Positions 37,569-46,290 of a DNA stretch of 64,000 nucleotides are shown here, piece after piece (positions within the stretch are counted from its first letter, which is position 1; every line of letters starts with the position of its first letter). The DNA lies in NCBI GenBank assembly GCA_015061115.1, contig SUXE01000006.1:1-64000 (forward strand), in the 5' to 3' direction. This stretch comes from Bacteroidales bacterium (lineage in GTDB: Bacteria > Bacteroidota > Bacteroidia > Bacteroidales > Paludibacteraceae). The translations under genes were made by a program, and so were the position numbers. The notes beneath the pieces are model-generated. The model made no database searches and was not told where the DNA came from. It saw only the letters and a program-made list of their open reading frames with translations.

Positions 37569-38202
37569 ACGCACACTTTACACGGCTAACACTCTTCACA
37601 TAAGAGAAAGTGATGGCGAGAATAGTCGAAAAATAACAGGGTATGCGATTTTATTTAACACACCATCTTCAACCTTGTATGAAGATAGTGAGGAAGTGAT
37701 AAGAGAAGTTATATCACCATCCGCAGTTACGCAGGAGTTGTTAGATCAGAGTGACATTAAAATGACTTTGTTCCATGATCGGCATTTAATTTTAGCCCGA
37801 TCTAAATCCGGTGCAGGTTCTCTAACTTATCACATTGATAATAAAGGGGTGAGCTTTGAATTCGATGCCCCACATACAGCCGATGGAGACAAAGCTGTAG
37901 AACTAGTTAAGAGAGGGGATATTGATGGTTGCTCTTTTATGTTCGCAACGAGATACTATGATGAAGACTATGTGTCTAGAACCGTAAGTGCTAGAGATGG
38001 AAAATACGAAAAAATTTTTACTGTCAATAAAATTACAGGCATATATGACTTTACTCTGACTCCAGACCCTGCCTACCCAGATACTAGTTGTCAAGCTAGA
38101 GAACTGGTAGATGCGTTAAGAGAGAAAAAAGAAATGCCAGATGACATTGTTTGCAGACAAGTTGAAGAAATGCGACGCAATGCACATTTAAGAATTAACT
38201 AA
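37525..38202 (+). CDS. Prohead maturation protease (HK97 family)
   Basis: LFHDRHLILARSKSG...EFDAPHTADGDKAVELVKRGDIDGCSFMF matches the HK97 protease pattern (nHd...lGr...GL...G.SfGF). Confidence 0.65.
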   Translation: MKINKMGKDKQVLIRRTLYTANTLHIRESDGENSRKITGYAILFNTPSSTLYEDSEEVIREVISPSAVTQELLDQSDIKMTLFHDRHLILARSKSGAGSLTYHIDNKGVSFEFDAPHTADGDKAVELVKRGDIDGCSFMFATRYYDEDYVSRTVSARDGKYEKIFTVNKITGIYDFTLTPDPAYPDTSCQARELVDALREKKEMPDDIVCRQVEEMRRNAHLRIN

Positions 38203-38213
38203 AAATATATAAT

Positions 38214-39329
38214 ATGACAAAAACAACAAAAGAATTGTTGCAAGCATTTGAGAAGAACCAGAATCGAATCAATGAGATTGCAGATACTTGCGAACGTGAA
38301 AACAGACCTCGCACAGAGGCAGAGGATGTTGAGTACAAATCAATTCTGCAGAACAATGAAGTCCTAAGAATGCGAATGCATACTGTCGCATTAGGTCAGT
38401 ATGGACAGAATTCTAACGAATTTAACATGCGAGAAGCAGACCGCATTGTTCGTGACAATGTCTCAAAGGGGCAGCCTACGACAATTTTAATTTGTCGTGA
38501 CTTGGTGATGGTTGCTGACGCTAAAGCAGGTGGTATTGTTCCAATTAAAATTCAGGATATTATCGAACCTCTTGCTGAAGGATTGATTATCGACAAAGTT
38601 GGATTGCCTATGCCTACAGGTTTGGCAGGTGATTATGTGTGGCCAGTTTACGAATCTGTAGAAGCAACAATCCAAGGTGAAGGTGTTGCGTTGACAGATA
38701 CAGAGATTTCACTAAGCAAACTGACCGCTTCGCCACAACGTATTGGTATTGCAATTCCTGTTACAAGACAGACTATCAATCAGTCTGATGGCGTGATTGA
38801 GATGATTGTTAAACAGTTAATGCCGCTTGCATTGTCTAAACTGATTAACAAAATTATGTTGTCTCCTGATAAAGTCACAGGAGCAACAACCTTAGTAGGC
38901 CCTTTTGTTGCTCTTAAAGAGACTGCAAAAGCAATTGGCCTAGAGCCGACGTTCCGAGACTACAATGGCATGAAAGCGGATGTGCTTAAAGAAGGTGTCG
39001 ATGGTACGGCATTGTGCTGGGTAATGACACAATCTCAGAAAGCGATTGCTGAAGCAACTCCAAAAGATACTGGCTCAGGAATTATGGTATGTGAGAATGA
39101 CAAGATCGCTGGTCTTCCTGTTTTTTGTTCAAATTACATTGGCGAACACATTGGCCTTGGAGATTGGAGATATCAGCCTCTTGGACTGTTTGGCGATATC
39201 TCGTTTATTGTCGATCCTTATTCTCAGGCAAGAAAAGATGCTGTAGATTTTGTGCTTAATGCTAATTATGGCACAACAACACTGCAGTCTAAGGCATTCA
39301 AACTTGCCAAGGTCGCTCCTAAAGAATAA
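38214..39329 (+). CDS. Major capsid protein (HK97 fold)
   Basis: 371 aa, follows the protease; size and position are typical. Confidence 0.6.
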   Translation: MTKTTKELLQAFEKNQNRINEIADTCERENRPRTEAEDVEYKSILQNNEVLRMRMHTVALGQYGQNSNEFNMREADRIVRDNVSKGQPTTILICRDLVMVADAKAGGIVPIKIQDIIEPLAEGLIIDKVGLPMPTGLAGDYVWPVYESVEATIQGEGVALTDTEISLSKLTASPQRIGIAIPVTRQTINQSDGVIEMIVKQLMPLALSKLINKIMLSPDKVTGATTLVGPFVALKETAKAIGLEPTFRDYNGMKADVLKEGVDGTALCWVMTQSQKAIAEATPKDTGSGIMVCENDKIAGLPVFCSNYIGEHIGLGDWRYQPLGLFGDISFIVDPYSQARKDAVDFVLNANYGTTTLQSKAFKLAKVAPKE

Positions 39330-39350
39330 CTTCATAAAACGAACTGATAT

Positions 39351-39662
39351 ATGATGCTGAGCCTGGAGACTGTTAAGAAGCATGTGAGATCTGATGATTT
39401 TGCGGATGATGATGAATATCTGCAGATACTCACAGAGGCAGCTGAAGAACATATTGCCAATGTGACTAACCGCTCGATAAATGAACTTACAGAAATGAGC
39501 AGCGATGGTGTGTCTTTACCCAGACCAATACAACAGGCTGTGTTGTTGCTTGTAGGACACTGGTATAACCAAAGGGAAGCGGTTGCTGGAACACAGATGA
39601 CAGAAGCCCCTCACACTCTCCAGGCTCTAGTTAAGCCATACGTTAAACTAGTAGAAGAATGA
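39351..39662 (+). CDS. Head-tail connector (gp6-like)
   Basis: MLSLETVKKHVRSDDFADDDEYLQILTEAAEEHIANVTNRS is typical of Phage_connect_1. Confidence 0.55.
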   Translation: MMLSLETVKKHVRSDDFADDDEYLQILTEAAEEHIANVTNRSINELTEMSSDGVSLPRPIQQAVLLLVGHWYNQREAVAGTQMTEAPHTLQALVKPYVKLVEE

Positions 39663-39979
39663 GAGCAGGGGCGATGAAGTACCGTGTCGCATTGTTAGAA
39701 CCCGTGACAGAGAAAGATTTGTATGGCTCTGAGAAAATCAAGTATGTTGAGACTCGTACCGTACATGCGGAGCGTGTATCTGTGCAAGGAAATAGATCTG
39801 ATGAGTTGGGTGAACATTTCCCCGATTATTCGGTAAAATTCAACATCCGTGACATACATCATGTATCTGAGAATTGGAGATGTCGACAACTGGGTGGCGA
39901 ATTGTTTACGATTGTGGCTATTATTCCCAACATAAATCGAGGGTTTAACACTTTAATTTGCGAGAGAGTCAATGAGTAA
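39659..39979 (+). CDS. Head closure / head-tail adaptor protein
   Basis: Position and size. Confidence 0.4.
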   Translation: MRAGAMKYRVALLEPVTEKDLYGSEKIKYVETRTVHAERVSVQGNRSDELGEHFPDYSVKFNIRDIHHVSENWRCRQLGGELFTIVAIIPNINRGFNTLICERVNE

Positions 39980-40355
39980 AAGTGTATTGTCTGCAGGTAA
40001 AATAATTGGTAATGTTTTAGAGAACAATACAGAAGTTCGTAGCCGTGTCTCTAAAATATTCCCAATTATGAGCAATAAAGCTATATTGCCATATGTGTAT
40101 TATCGTCGAGTCGGGTTCTCTCAGATTCCACAAAAGGTTGGTAGGGGGGCAGATACTGTTGTGATTCAAGTGGCGTGTTGCACCGCTGACTATGAATCAA
40201 GCGTTGAATTAGCGGAAGCTGTAAGGAATGCGTTAGACTATCAACAAGCGGAATTTGATGGACAAGTGATGCGTTCGTGCGTACTGACAGACTGTGATGA
40301 GACATGGAGCGATGACGCTTTTGTACAAAATTTGATTTTTACAGTTAAAATATAA
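39972..40355 (+). CDS. Tail completion (gp10-like) protein
   Basis: Position and size. Confidence 0.35.
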   Translation: MSKSVLSAGKIIGNVLENNTEVRSRVSKIFPIMSNKAILPYVYYRRVGFSQIPQKVGRGADTVVIQVACCTADYESSVELAEAVRNALDYQQAEFDGQVMRSCVLTDCDETWSDDAFVQNLIFTVKI

Positions 40356-40360
40356 ATAAC

Positions 40361-40843
40361 ATGGCAAAAACTGGATATGTTAATGGTAGCGATTTGCTGT
40401 TGTATGTAGATGGAAAGGCGGTCGGCTCTTGCACATCGCATCAGACTACATTCAATTCTGAGACAAAGGAAAGAGCGGTTAAGCCGCCAGCGAAACAAGG
40501 AATGAAGTCTGGACTATGGAAAAAGAAAGGAGTCACAGGACTAAGTTTCTCAATTTCTGCGGATGGTCTTCTTTTCTATGATGAGACTGAATACGGTTTC
40601 AAAAAATTGTATAAGCTATGGAAAGAAGCTAAGAGTGTCGAGGTGAAGTGTATGGAGCGTTCAGAAGATGGAGACACTGATACTAATGGAGAGCCTTATC
40701 TTCGTGGTATGTGTATCATCACGTCATTGCAGCAGAATGCAGCGGCTCAGGACGATGCAACATACTCCGTAACATTGGAAAACGATGGAGAACCGGACGA
40801 ACTTGATGAGTCAAAGATCACTGAGGGTGTCCCTGGTGAATAA
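40361..40843 (+). CDS. Major tail protein
   Basis: 160 aa, immediately upstream of the chaperone pair and tape measure. Confidence 0.45.
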   Translation: MAKTGYVNGSDLLLYVDGKAVGSCTSHQTTFNSETKERAVKPPAKQGMKSGLWKKKGVTGLSFSISADGLLFYDETEYGFKKLYKLWKEAKSVEVKCMERSEDGDTDTNGEPYLRGMCIITSLQQNAAAQDDATYSVTLENDGEPDELDESKITEGVPGE

Positions 40844-40873
40844 GTGTTAAGTTACAACTAACTAAAAGCGGAA

Positions 40874-41200
40874 TTGTTTTTTAATTCCGCTTTTTTCAAA
40901 AAAAAATATATGAATAAGATCGAAATAGCAGGTAAAAGTTATCCTGTTCGTGCCACAATGGGTGCATTGGTAAGATTTAGGCAGATGCAGGGTAAGGAAG
41001 TGAGTGAGATGGACGAAAATTCATCTGAAGATGTTTGTGCGTATGTTTATTGCATTCTTGTTAGTGCGTGCAACGCAGACAAAATTAATTTTGAGTATGA
41101 TTTTTTGACTTTCTGCGATATTGTCGATTTGACGACAATCAATAGAATATCACAGATGTTGGTTGATCCTTCAACCGAAAAAAAAACGGCAAATCTTTAA
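40874..41200 (+). CDS. Tail assembly chaperone (gpG-like)
   Basis: Upstream of the tape measure; ends just after a 9-A run. Confidence 0.55.
   Translation: MFFNSAFFKKKYMNKIEIAGKSYPVRATMGALVRFRQMQGKEVSEMDENSSEDVCAYVYCILVSACNADKINFEYDFLTFCDIVDLTTINRISQMLVDPSTEKKTANL
41178..41186 (+). promoter_or_regulatory. A_AAA_AAA slippery site for the -1 programmed frameshift of the tail chaperone (G to GT)
   Basis: Zero-frame acc gaA AAA AAA acg. The -1 frame continues uninterrupted into ORF 41203..41532. Confidence 0.6.
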
Positions 41201-41202
41201 CT

Positions 41203-41532
41203 GTGCTGCAGCTGCTAGGAATTGCAGTTGGTAGAATTGGAATCAGTTATGATGAGTTTTTGCGGCTGGATGTTGATGCATTTGAAGCTATCGTCAAGTC
41301 TTATTGCGATCATGAGGAAGACAAAAGAAGAGATGATTGGGAGCGGATGAGATGGCAAACAATGTTGACAATACAGCCGTTTGTCGGCAATAAACACAAA
41401 ATGAAGCCTGAAGATATTCTTGTTTTCTCATGGGATAAACAGGACAAGAAAAATGTCAAAACAATGACACCTGCAGAACAACGGGCAAGAATGAAAAAAC
41501 TAGTTGAAAGATTAGGAGACAAGACGGTATGA
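41203..41532 (+). CDS. Tail assembly chaperone -1 frame extension (gpT-like part of the GT fusion)
   Basis: -1 frame relative to 40874..41200; the frame is open across the slippery site. Confidence 0.5.
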   Translation: MLQLLGIAVGRIGISYDEFLRLDVDAFEAIVKSYCDHEEDKRRDDWERMRWQTMLTIQPFVGNKHKMKPEDILVFSWDKQDKKNVKTMTPAEQRARMKKLVERLGDKTV

Positions 41533-41942
41533 AGTATATAGGGATATCATCGCAGATTTTAGACAAGACACAAAAATTGTCAGTTGCACAACAACAAAAA
41601 ATAGAAAAAGCTCTTGTTGCGGCCGCATATACGATGCGAAACAATGCCCGTAAACAATTCTCTCATAACAGTCATGGGTATAATATATCTAGTCTGCAAG
41701 ATGGGATAATGCTTGGCGCATTGCGTTCTGTCGCTGATGGGGTATCTACTATAACTATACATGCAATGGGCAACCTTTCAATTAAGAAGACGTGGAAAGC
41801 CCGAATATTTGCTGGAGGTGCTTATCATCGTCGCACTAAAGGCAGAGGCAGAAATAGGGGAACGATACAAGATCTTAAGACTATATCTAAGTCGATAGAT
41901 CAGAATATATTGAATACATATATAAACAATGTCATTAAATGA
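41529..41942 (+). CDS. Hypothetical phage tail-module protein
   Basis: 137-aa ORF. Confidence 0.35.
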   Translation: MKYIGISSQILDKTQKLSVAQQQKIEKALVAAAYTMRNNARKQFSHNSHGYNISSLQDGIMLGALRSVADGVSTITIHAMGNLSIKKTWKARIFAGGAYHRRTKGRGRNRGTIQDLKTISKSIDQNILNTYINNVIK

Positions 41943-43990
41943 GTCAATTAGCAGCTAAAATCACAGCAGACTCTAGCAGCTATCGCAAGGCTATTGAGGA
42001 TGCAAATAATGTGCTAAAAGCATTTACTAAGGAGGAGTCCTTGGCAGCGGATTCTCTACGCAAGGTGTATGATGTTACGCAAGACCAGGTTGATGCGTAC
42101 AAAAAAGTTACGGTTGCGATGGAGAAAACGACGGCTGGCACTAAAAACATAAGACAGACATCCTCGGCATTAAGAAGTGACATCGAGAAATTAAAGATAC
42201 AATGGGAAAATCTCAGCGACACCGCTAAAAAGAGTAAGTTCGGACAAGCGATGGCTAATTCTATCCGCACTGCAGAAGATCGTCTAAGATCAATGCAGAT
42301 GCAGATGAATACAGCCAAAACAGCCACCACATCGGCATCTACAGCGATGAGTGGAATGGTTGGCATTGTCGGTAAATTAGCCCCTGCTATAGGTGCTGGT
42401 TCTGCAGCGATTAAGGTCATGAAAGATGCTTTTTTCAATAGCGAAAAAAATATTGATGATTGGGGTCGCACTGTGAATGTCGCAAAAGGTACTTATCAAG
42501 TTTTCCTTGACACGCTTAACAAGGGAGACTGGTCTGGCTTTTTTTCTAAAGTCAAAATGGCAAAAAAAGAAATGTCAGAGATCTACGATCTTAACGACAC
42601 GTTTGGCTCGATGCAACAAAATAACAGCAATAAAATTGCTAGCATAAAACTTAAGATATCCAAATTGCGTGCTGATCTCGCATATGACAAAGATAATGAA
42701 TCTTTGAAGCAGCAACTTTTGGAAGCACAGCGAGAATTGGAAAGTACTTTTGTCGATATGTATAAGACTGTGTATGAGGCTGGACTTAAAGAAATCAAAG
42801 CATCGATGGGGACAGAAGCGAGCGAGACCATGCGAGAGATTCTTGCTGATGATCTGATTAAGAACGGCCAAAAGGCAATGGATAAAGCCCAGAAACGTCT
42901 TGAATATTTAAACCAGAAGTCTGGTGTAAAAGGTACATTTACTGTCGAGGACGAATCGGGGAATCTTCTCCAGATGGACTATGAAAAAAAAATATGGGAG
43001 ACAGAAAAAGGGCTTGCGGATGAGCGTCTTGCAATTTTAGGGTTGTTGAATAAAGAATCTAATGAATTGCGAAAACAAGGCCAAAAGCATATAGATGAGG
43101 CTTATGCCTTGCAGACGCAACTGGAGCAATTGCGTCGTGAACTGGCTGAGCAATTAAGGGAAAAGCCTAAGCCAGCTGCTGAGCCTGTAGAAATTGATTA
43201 TATGAAAGACCGTCAGATGCTTCTTGATGTTCCTGAAGGAAGCAAACCTTCTAACAAGATAGACAGATCTTCTATTGACAGTTATTTGTATGAGAAACAA
43301 TATAAAGCAAGGGTAGATGCCGCACGCAAAGCCAAAAAAGAAGAAGATAGAATCTTTTTGGAGCAAGCACCTAAGAAGGTAGTCGGAGATATTAAGGATA
43401 TAACATCGACTTCGTCGGCATTGTATGATTCTTTGTCAAGTTTAGATGAAATAGACAATCCGTTTAAGTTTTTTGACAGGCTAGCCGGAATTGCACAAAA
43501 TGTTCTTAACGTGATTGACACGATTAAGGGGTTGGGGCAAACGATGAAAGCCCTTAGTGCGATCTCCAGCATGACAACAGCACAGGAAGTGGCGGATTCA
43601 GCTGCTAAGGCTACAGCCAGCGGAACAGAAGCGGCGGCAGACACCACAGCGGCCACGGCAAAAACGTTCAAGGCTCATGCAGCTATCCCATACGTAGGAG
43701 CAGCAATTGCTGGTGTTATGGTAGGAACAATGATAAGTATGATTGCAAGCTCTAAAAATCGAGTTCCTAAGTTTAACAGAGGAGGCATCATAACAGGGCC
43801 AACTATGGGTTTGATGGGTGAGTATTCTGGAAGTTCTACTAATCCTGAAGTAGTCGCACCATTAGACCGCCTTAAAGTATTGCTATCCGGATCAGAAAAC
43901 AGCCAATCCGGCAAAGTTCGTTTTGTTATTGAGGGAAGAACATTAGTCGGAATTATAGAGAAAGAAAGAAACTTATCAAGCAGACGATGA
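41939..43990 (+). CDS. Tape measure protein
   Basis: 683 aa. Extensive coiled coils, a C-terminal Gly/Ala-rich hydrophobic segment, and position after the chaperones. Confidence 0.8.
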   Translation: MSQLAAKITADSSSYRKAIEDANNVLKAFTKEESLAADSLRKVYDVTQDQVDAYKKVTVAMEKTTAGTKNIRQTSSALRSDIEKLKIQWENLSDTAKKSKFGQAMANSIRTAEDRLRSMQMQMNTAKTATTSASTAMSGMVGIVGKLAPAIGAGSAAIKVMKDAFFNSEKNIDDWGRTVNVAKGTYQVFLDTLNKGDWSGFFSKVKMAKKEMSEIYDLNDTFGSMQQNNSNKIASIKLKISKLRADLAYDKDNESLKQQLLEAQRELESTFVDMYKTVYEAGLKEIKASMGTEASETMREILADDLIKNGQKAMDKAQKRLEYLNQKSGVKGTFTVEDESGNLLQMDYEKKIWETEKGLADERLAILGLLNKESNELRKQGQKHIDEAYALQTQLEQLRRELAEQLREKPKPAAEPVEIDYMKDRQMLLDVPEGSKPSNKIDRSSIDSYLYEKQYKARVDAARKAKKEEDRIFLEQAPKKVVGDIKDITSTSSALYDSLSSLDEIDNPFKFFDRLAGIAQNVLNVIDTIKGLGQTMKALSAISSMTTAQEVADSAAKATASGTEAAADTTAATAKTFKAHAAIPYVGAAIAGVMVGTMISMIASSKNRVPKFNRGGIITGPTMGLMGEYSGSSTNPEVVAPLDRLKVLLSGSENSQSGKVRFVIEGRTLVGIIEKERNLSSRR

Positions 43991-46287
43991 AACATCTACG
44001 TTATCAAGGGGAATTTTTATCGGTCAATGGAGTTGTCACAAGGGTCGAATTGTGGCAAGAGAGCGATGTGGCTTATGAAGTGCAAGAGTTGGAGTTCCCT
44101 GCAGAAGCTCCGTTAATAATCGAATGGGGCGAACATCAAAAATATGATGTTTTGGCAGGGTCTTCTGCTACACTTAAAATTATTAGTCCAGGCGATCGTT
44201 CGTATTTAGACCTGTATACGGTTAAGTATGGGGAAATCCGAATGGATGTATATAGAGACAGCCAGATATATTGGAGAGGCTGCATTGACACAGAGTTATA
44301 TGAAGAGCCGTATGAAAAATATAATAATTATGATGTTACTCTTACATTTTCCGATTTTAACGAGTTGAATCGTATCCCTTTTGATATGCCTGTGGGCTTC
44401 ACAAGCATAAGCGATATTTTAGTTGCGGCATTTGAGAAAACACAATGTGTTAATTCAGATTCTCTATATATAGAGACCGCAGATGTTGGAACAACATATA
44501 ACTTAGGTCTTAAAATATTATCGACTGCATATTTACGGACGGACAACTTCTATAAGGAAGATGGAGAAGCTGAGACTTGGGCAAATGTGGTTGAAGGGAT
44601 ACTTCAGCCATTAGCGGTTCATGTTACACAATATAGAGGTAGGACTTATTATTATGACTATCATACATTAATTAATCTTGAAGTTCCGACAGAATCAATA
44701 TTGTATGCGATTCCTTATCATCGCAAGATAGAGTGGAGTTCTACGCAGCAAAATCTAAGTATTGATAAAACTTATAATAACATTAAGATTACTTTTTCGC
44801 CTTATGCTCAAGCGGCAAATGTGCTTCCAACGGAATGCTGGAGCGATAGCATAGAGACAAACAGAGAAGATACAGGTATTAATAATTTGGAGGGTCGTAA
44901 TATAGGTGAAGCAACAATATGGACTTATCCTTTACGTGACGAAAGCCCGCAATTTAAAACTCCTGGTTTCACTTTGTGGACGTCTTCTAAATGCAGAAAT
45001 ATTACATTGTCCGGTGGGCGAAAAGTTTTTAAGATTGTTCCGCAATATGATGGCAACGATTGTCAAGGTGTTGTTGCGTGTTGGAATGCTTTCCAGAAGT
45101 ATAGTAAGCCAGTTGGAAACCAAATTGCATACAATTTTGATTGTGTAGAATACGGTTGGAATCCAATCGACAGATGGGATTATATCCCGGATATGGTATT
45201 GTTTGAAACGTCTCATGTCCTTTTGCCTCCACAATCTACAGATACTCCAATGCAATTGCGGTTGTCGATGGAAGTCTTGGTTGATTGCAGAATCAACCCT
45301 TTCGAGGATCCGTTTGGTTACAAGATCGGTGGTGACTCTAATTGCAAAGCTGGTATGGATAGGTTTAATGCTCGTGCACAATTCCTATATATTCCCGTTA
45401 AAATTCATTATAAACCTTTTAATTCGGATGTAGAATATGTGTATGACAACACTCGTATTATAGAGCATGGATCAGACATAACCAGTTATGAACGGACTAT
45501 GCAAGGCGAATGGGTTGTTGATGATGGTGGGGCATTCTGTTGGCTGGCTTACTATATTGCAGAAGCGGAAGAGCGACAAAAGGGGACTGCATTGTGCAAA
45601 TGGGTTAAAAATAGACAGACTATCGATGTGCATGGGTTGAGGCTTGACACAATGTTAATGAACATAGAAGATGGCCAATATATCCCTTATATAGATCTGG
45701 CACTGAACAGAGGTGGTGAAGTCTGGATTGAAGTGATGGGTAGAGGCTGGAGGGTTGCAAGATATGACGCAACAATGGGTAGCGACGATCACAATAAATT
45801 CACTGACTTGGTGATGAACAATCTCACTTTCGCTCTGTGCAAACTGCCTGAATTAGAGTTGCTGAATCAGAATCTTTTTGATCAGGAATTAGCAAACAAC
45901 GATGTTGTGTACAATGCACAGGTAAATGCCGACGCTAAAGAAGAGCTTAGCATAAATACAATATGTGGCACATACGTTGCCGGAGTTCCGTCTGCACGTG
46001 GCACTTATTACACTGAATTAGGGATGCAAATTCTTAAGATGTGGCGTGCTGGACGGTTGGCGGCTGCAGAAGAATTGTTATGTGGAACGCTATATTCTCA
46101 ATACGCAGAAAGACATATATGTCTGACTGGAGAATGTGAGCTAAAGGGGGTGCGTGCATTGTCATTCGTAGAACAGAACCAGGATGGAAAAAAGTTTATT
46201 TGTGTCAGTGAAAGCCAGAATCTGATTGCGGACACGATGGACGCAAAATTTATAGAATATTCACCAGACGAATACGATAAAAAATAA
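43987..46287 (+). CDS. Tail protein (distal tail / baseplate-hub-like)
   Basis: 766 aa, directly after the tape measure. Confidence 0.45.
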   Translation: MKHLRYQGEFLSVNGVVTRVELWQESDVAYEVQELEFPAEAPLIIEWGEHQKYDVLAGSSATLKIISPGDRSYLDLYTVKYGEIRMDVYRDSQIYWRGCIDTELYEEPYEKYNNYDVTLTFSDFNELNRIPFDMPVGFTSISDILVAAFEKTQCVNSDSLYIETADVGTTYNLGLKILSTAYLRTDNFYKEDGEAETWANVVEGILQPLAVHVTQYRGRTYYYDYHTLINLEVPTESILYAIPYHRKIEWSSTQQNLSIDKTYNNIKITFSPYAQAANVLPTECWSDSIETNREDTGINNLEGRNIGEATIWTYPLRDESPQFKTPGFTLWTSSKCRNITLSGGRKVFKIVPQYDGNDCQGVVACWNAFQKYSKPVGNQIAYNFDCVEYGWNPIDRWDYIPDMVLFETSHVLLPPQSTDTPMQLRLSMEVLVDCRINPFEDPFGYKIGGDSNCKAGMDRFNARAQFLYIPVKIHYKPFNSDVEYVYDNTRIIEHGSDITSYERTMQGEWVVDDGGAFCWLAYYIAEAEERQKGTALCKWVKNRQTIDVHGLRLDTMLMNIEDGQYIPYIDLALNRGGEVWIEVMGRGWRVARYDATMGSDDHNKFTDLVMNNLTFALCKLPELELLNQNLFDQELANNDVVYNAQVNADAKEELSINTICGTYVAGVPSARGTYYTELGMQILKMWRAGRLAAAEELLCGTLYSQYAERHICLTGECELKGVRALSFVEQNQDGKKFICVSESQNLIADTMDAKFIEYSPDEYDKK

Positions 46288-46290
46288 AAT

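Noticed and set aside
42575-43995. Minus-strand ORFs inside the tape-measure gene (for example 43282..43671, 43675..43995)
   Set aside because: They are antisense to a long coiled-coil gene and have Ala-rich artefactual translations.
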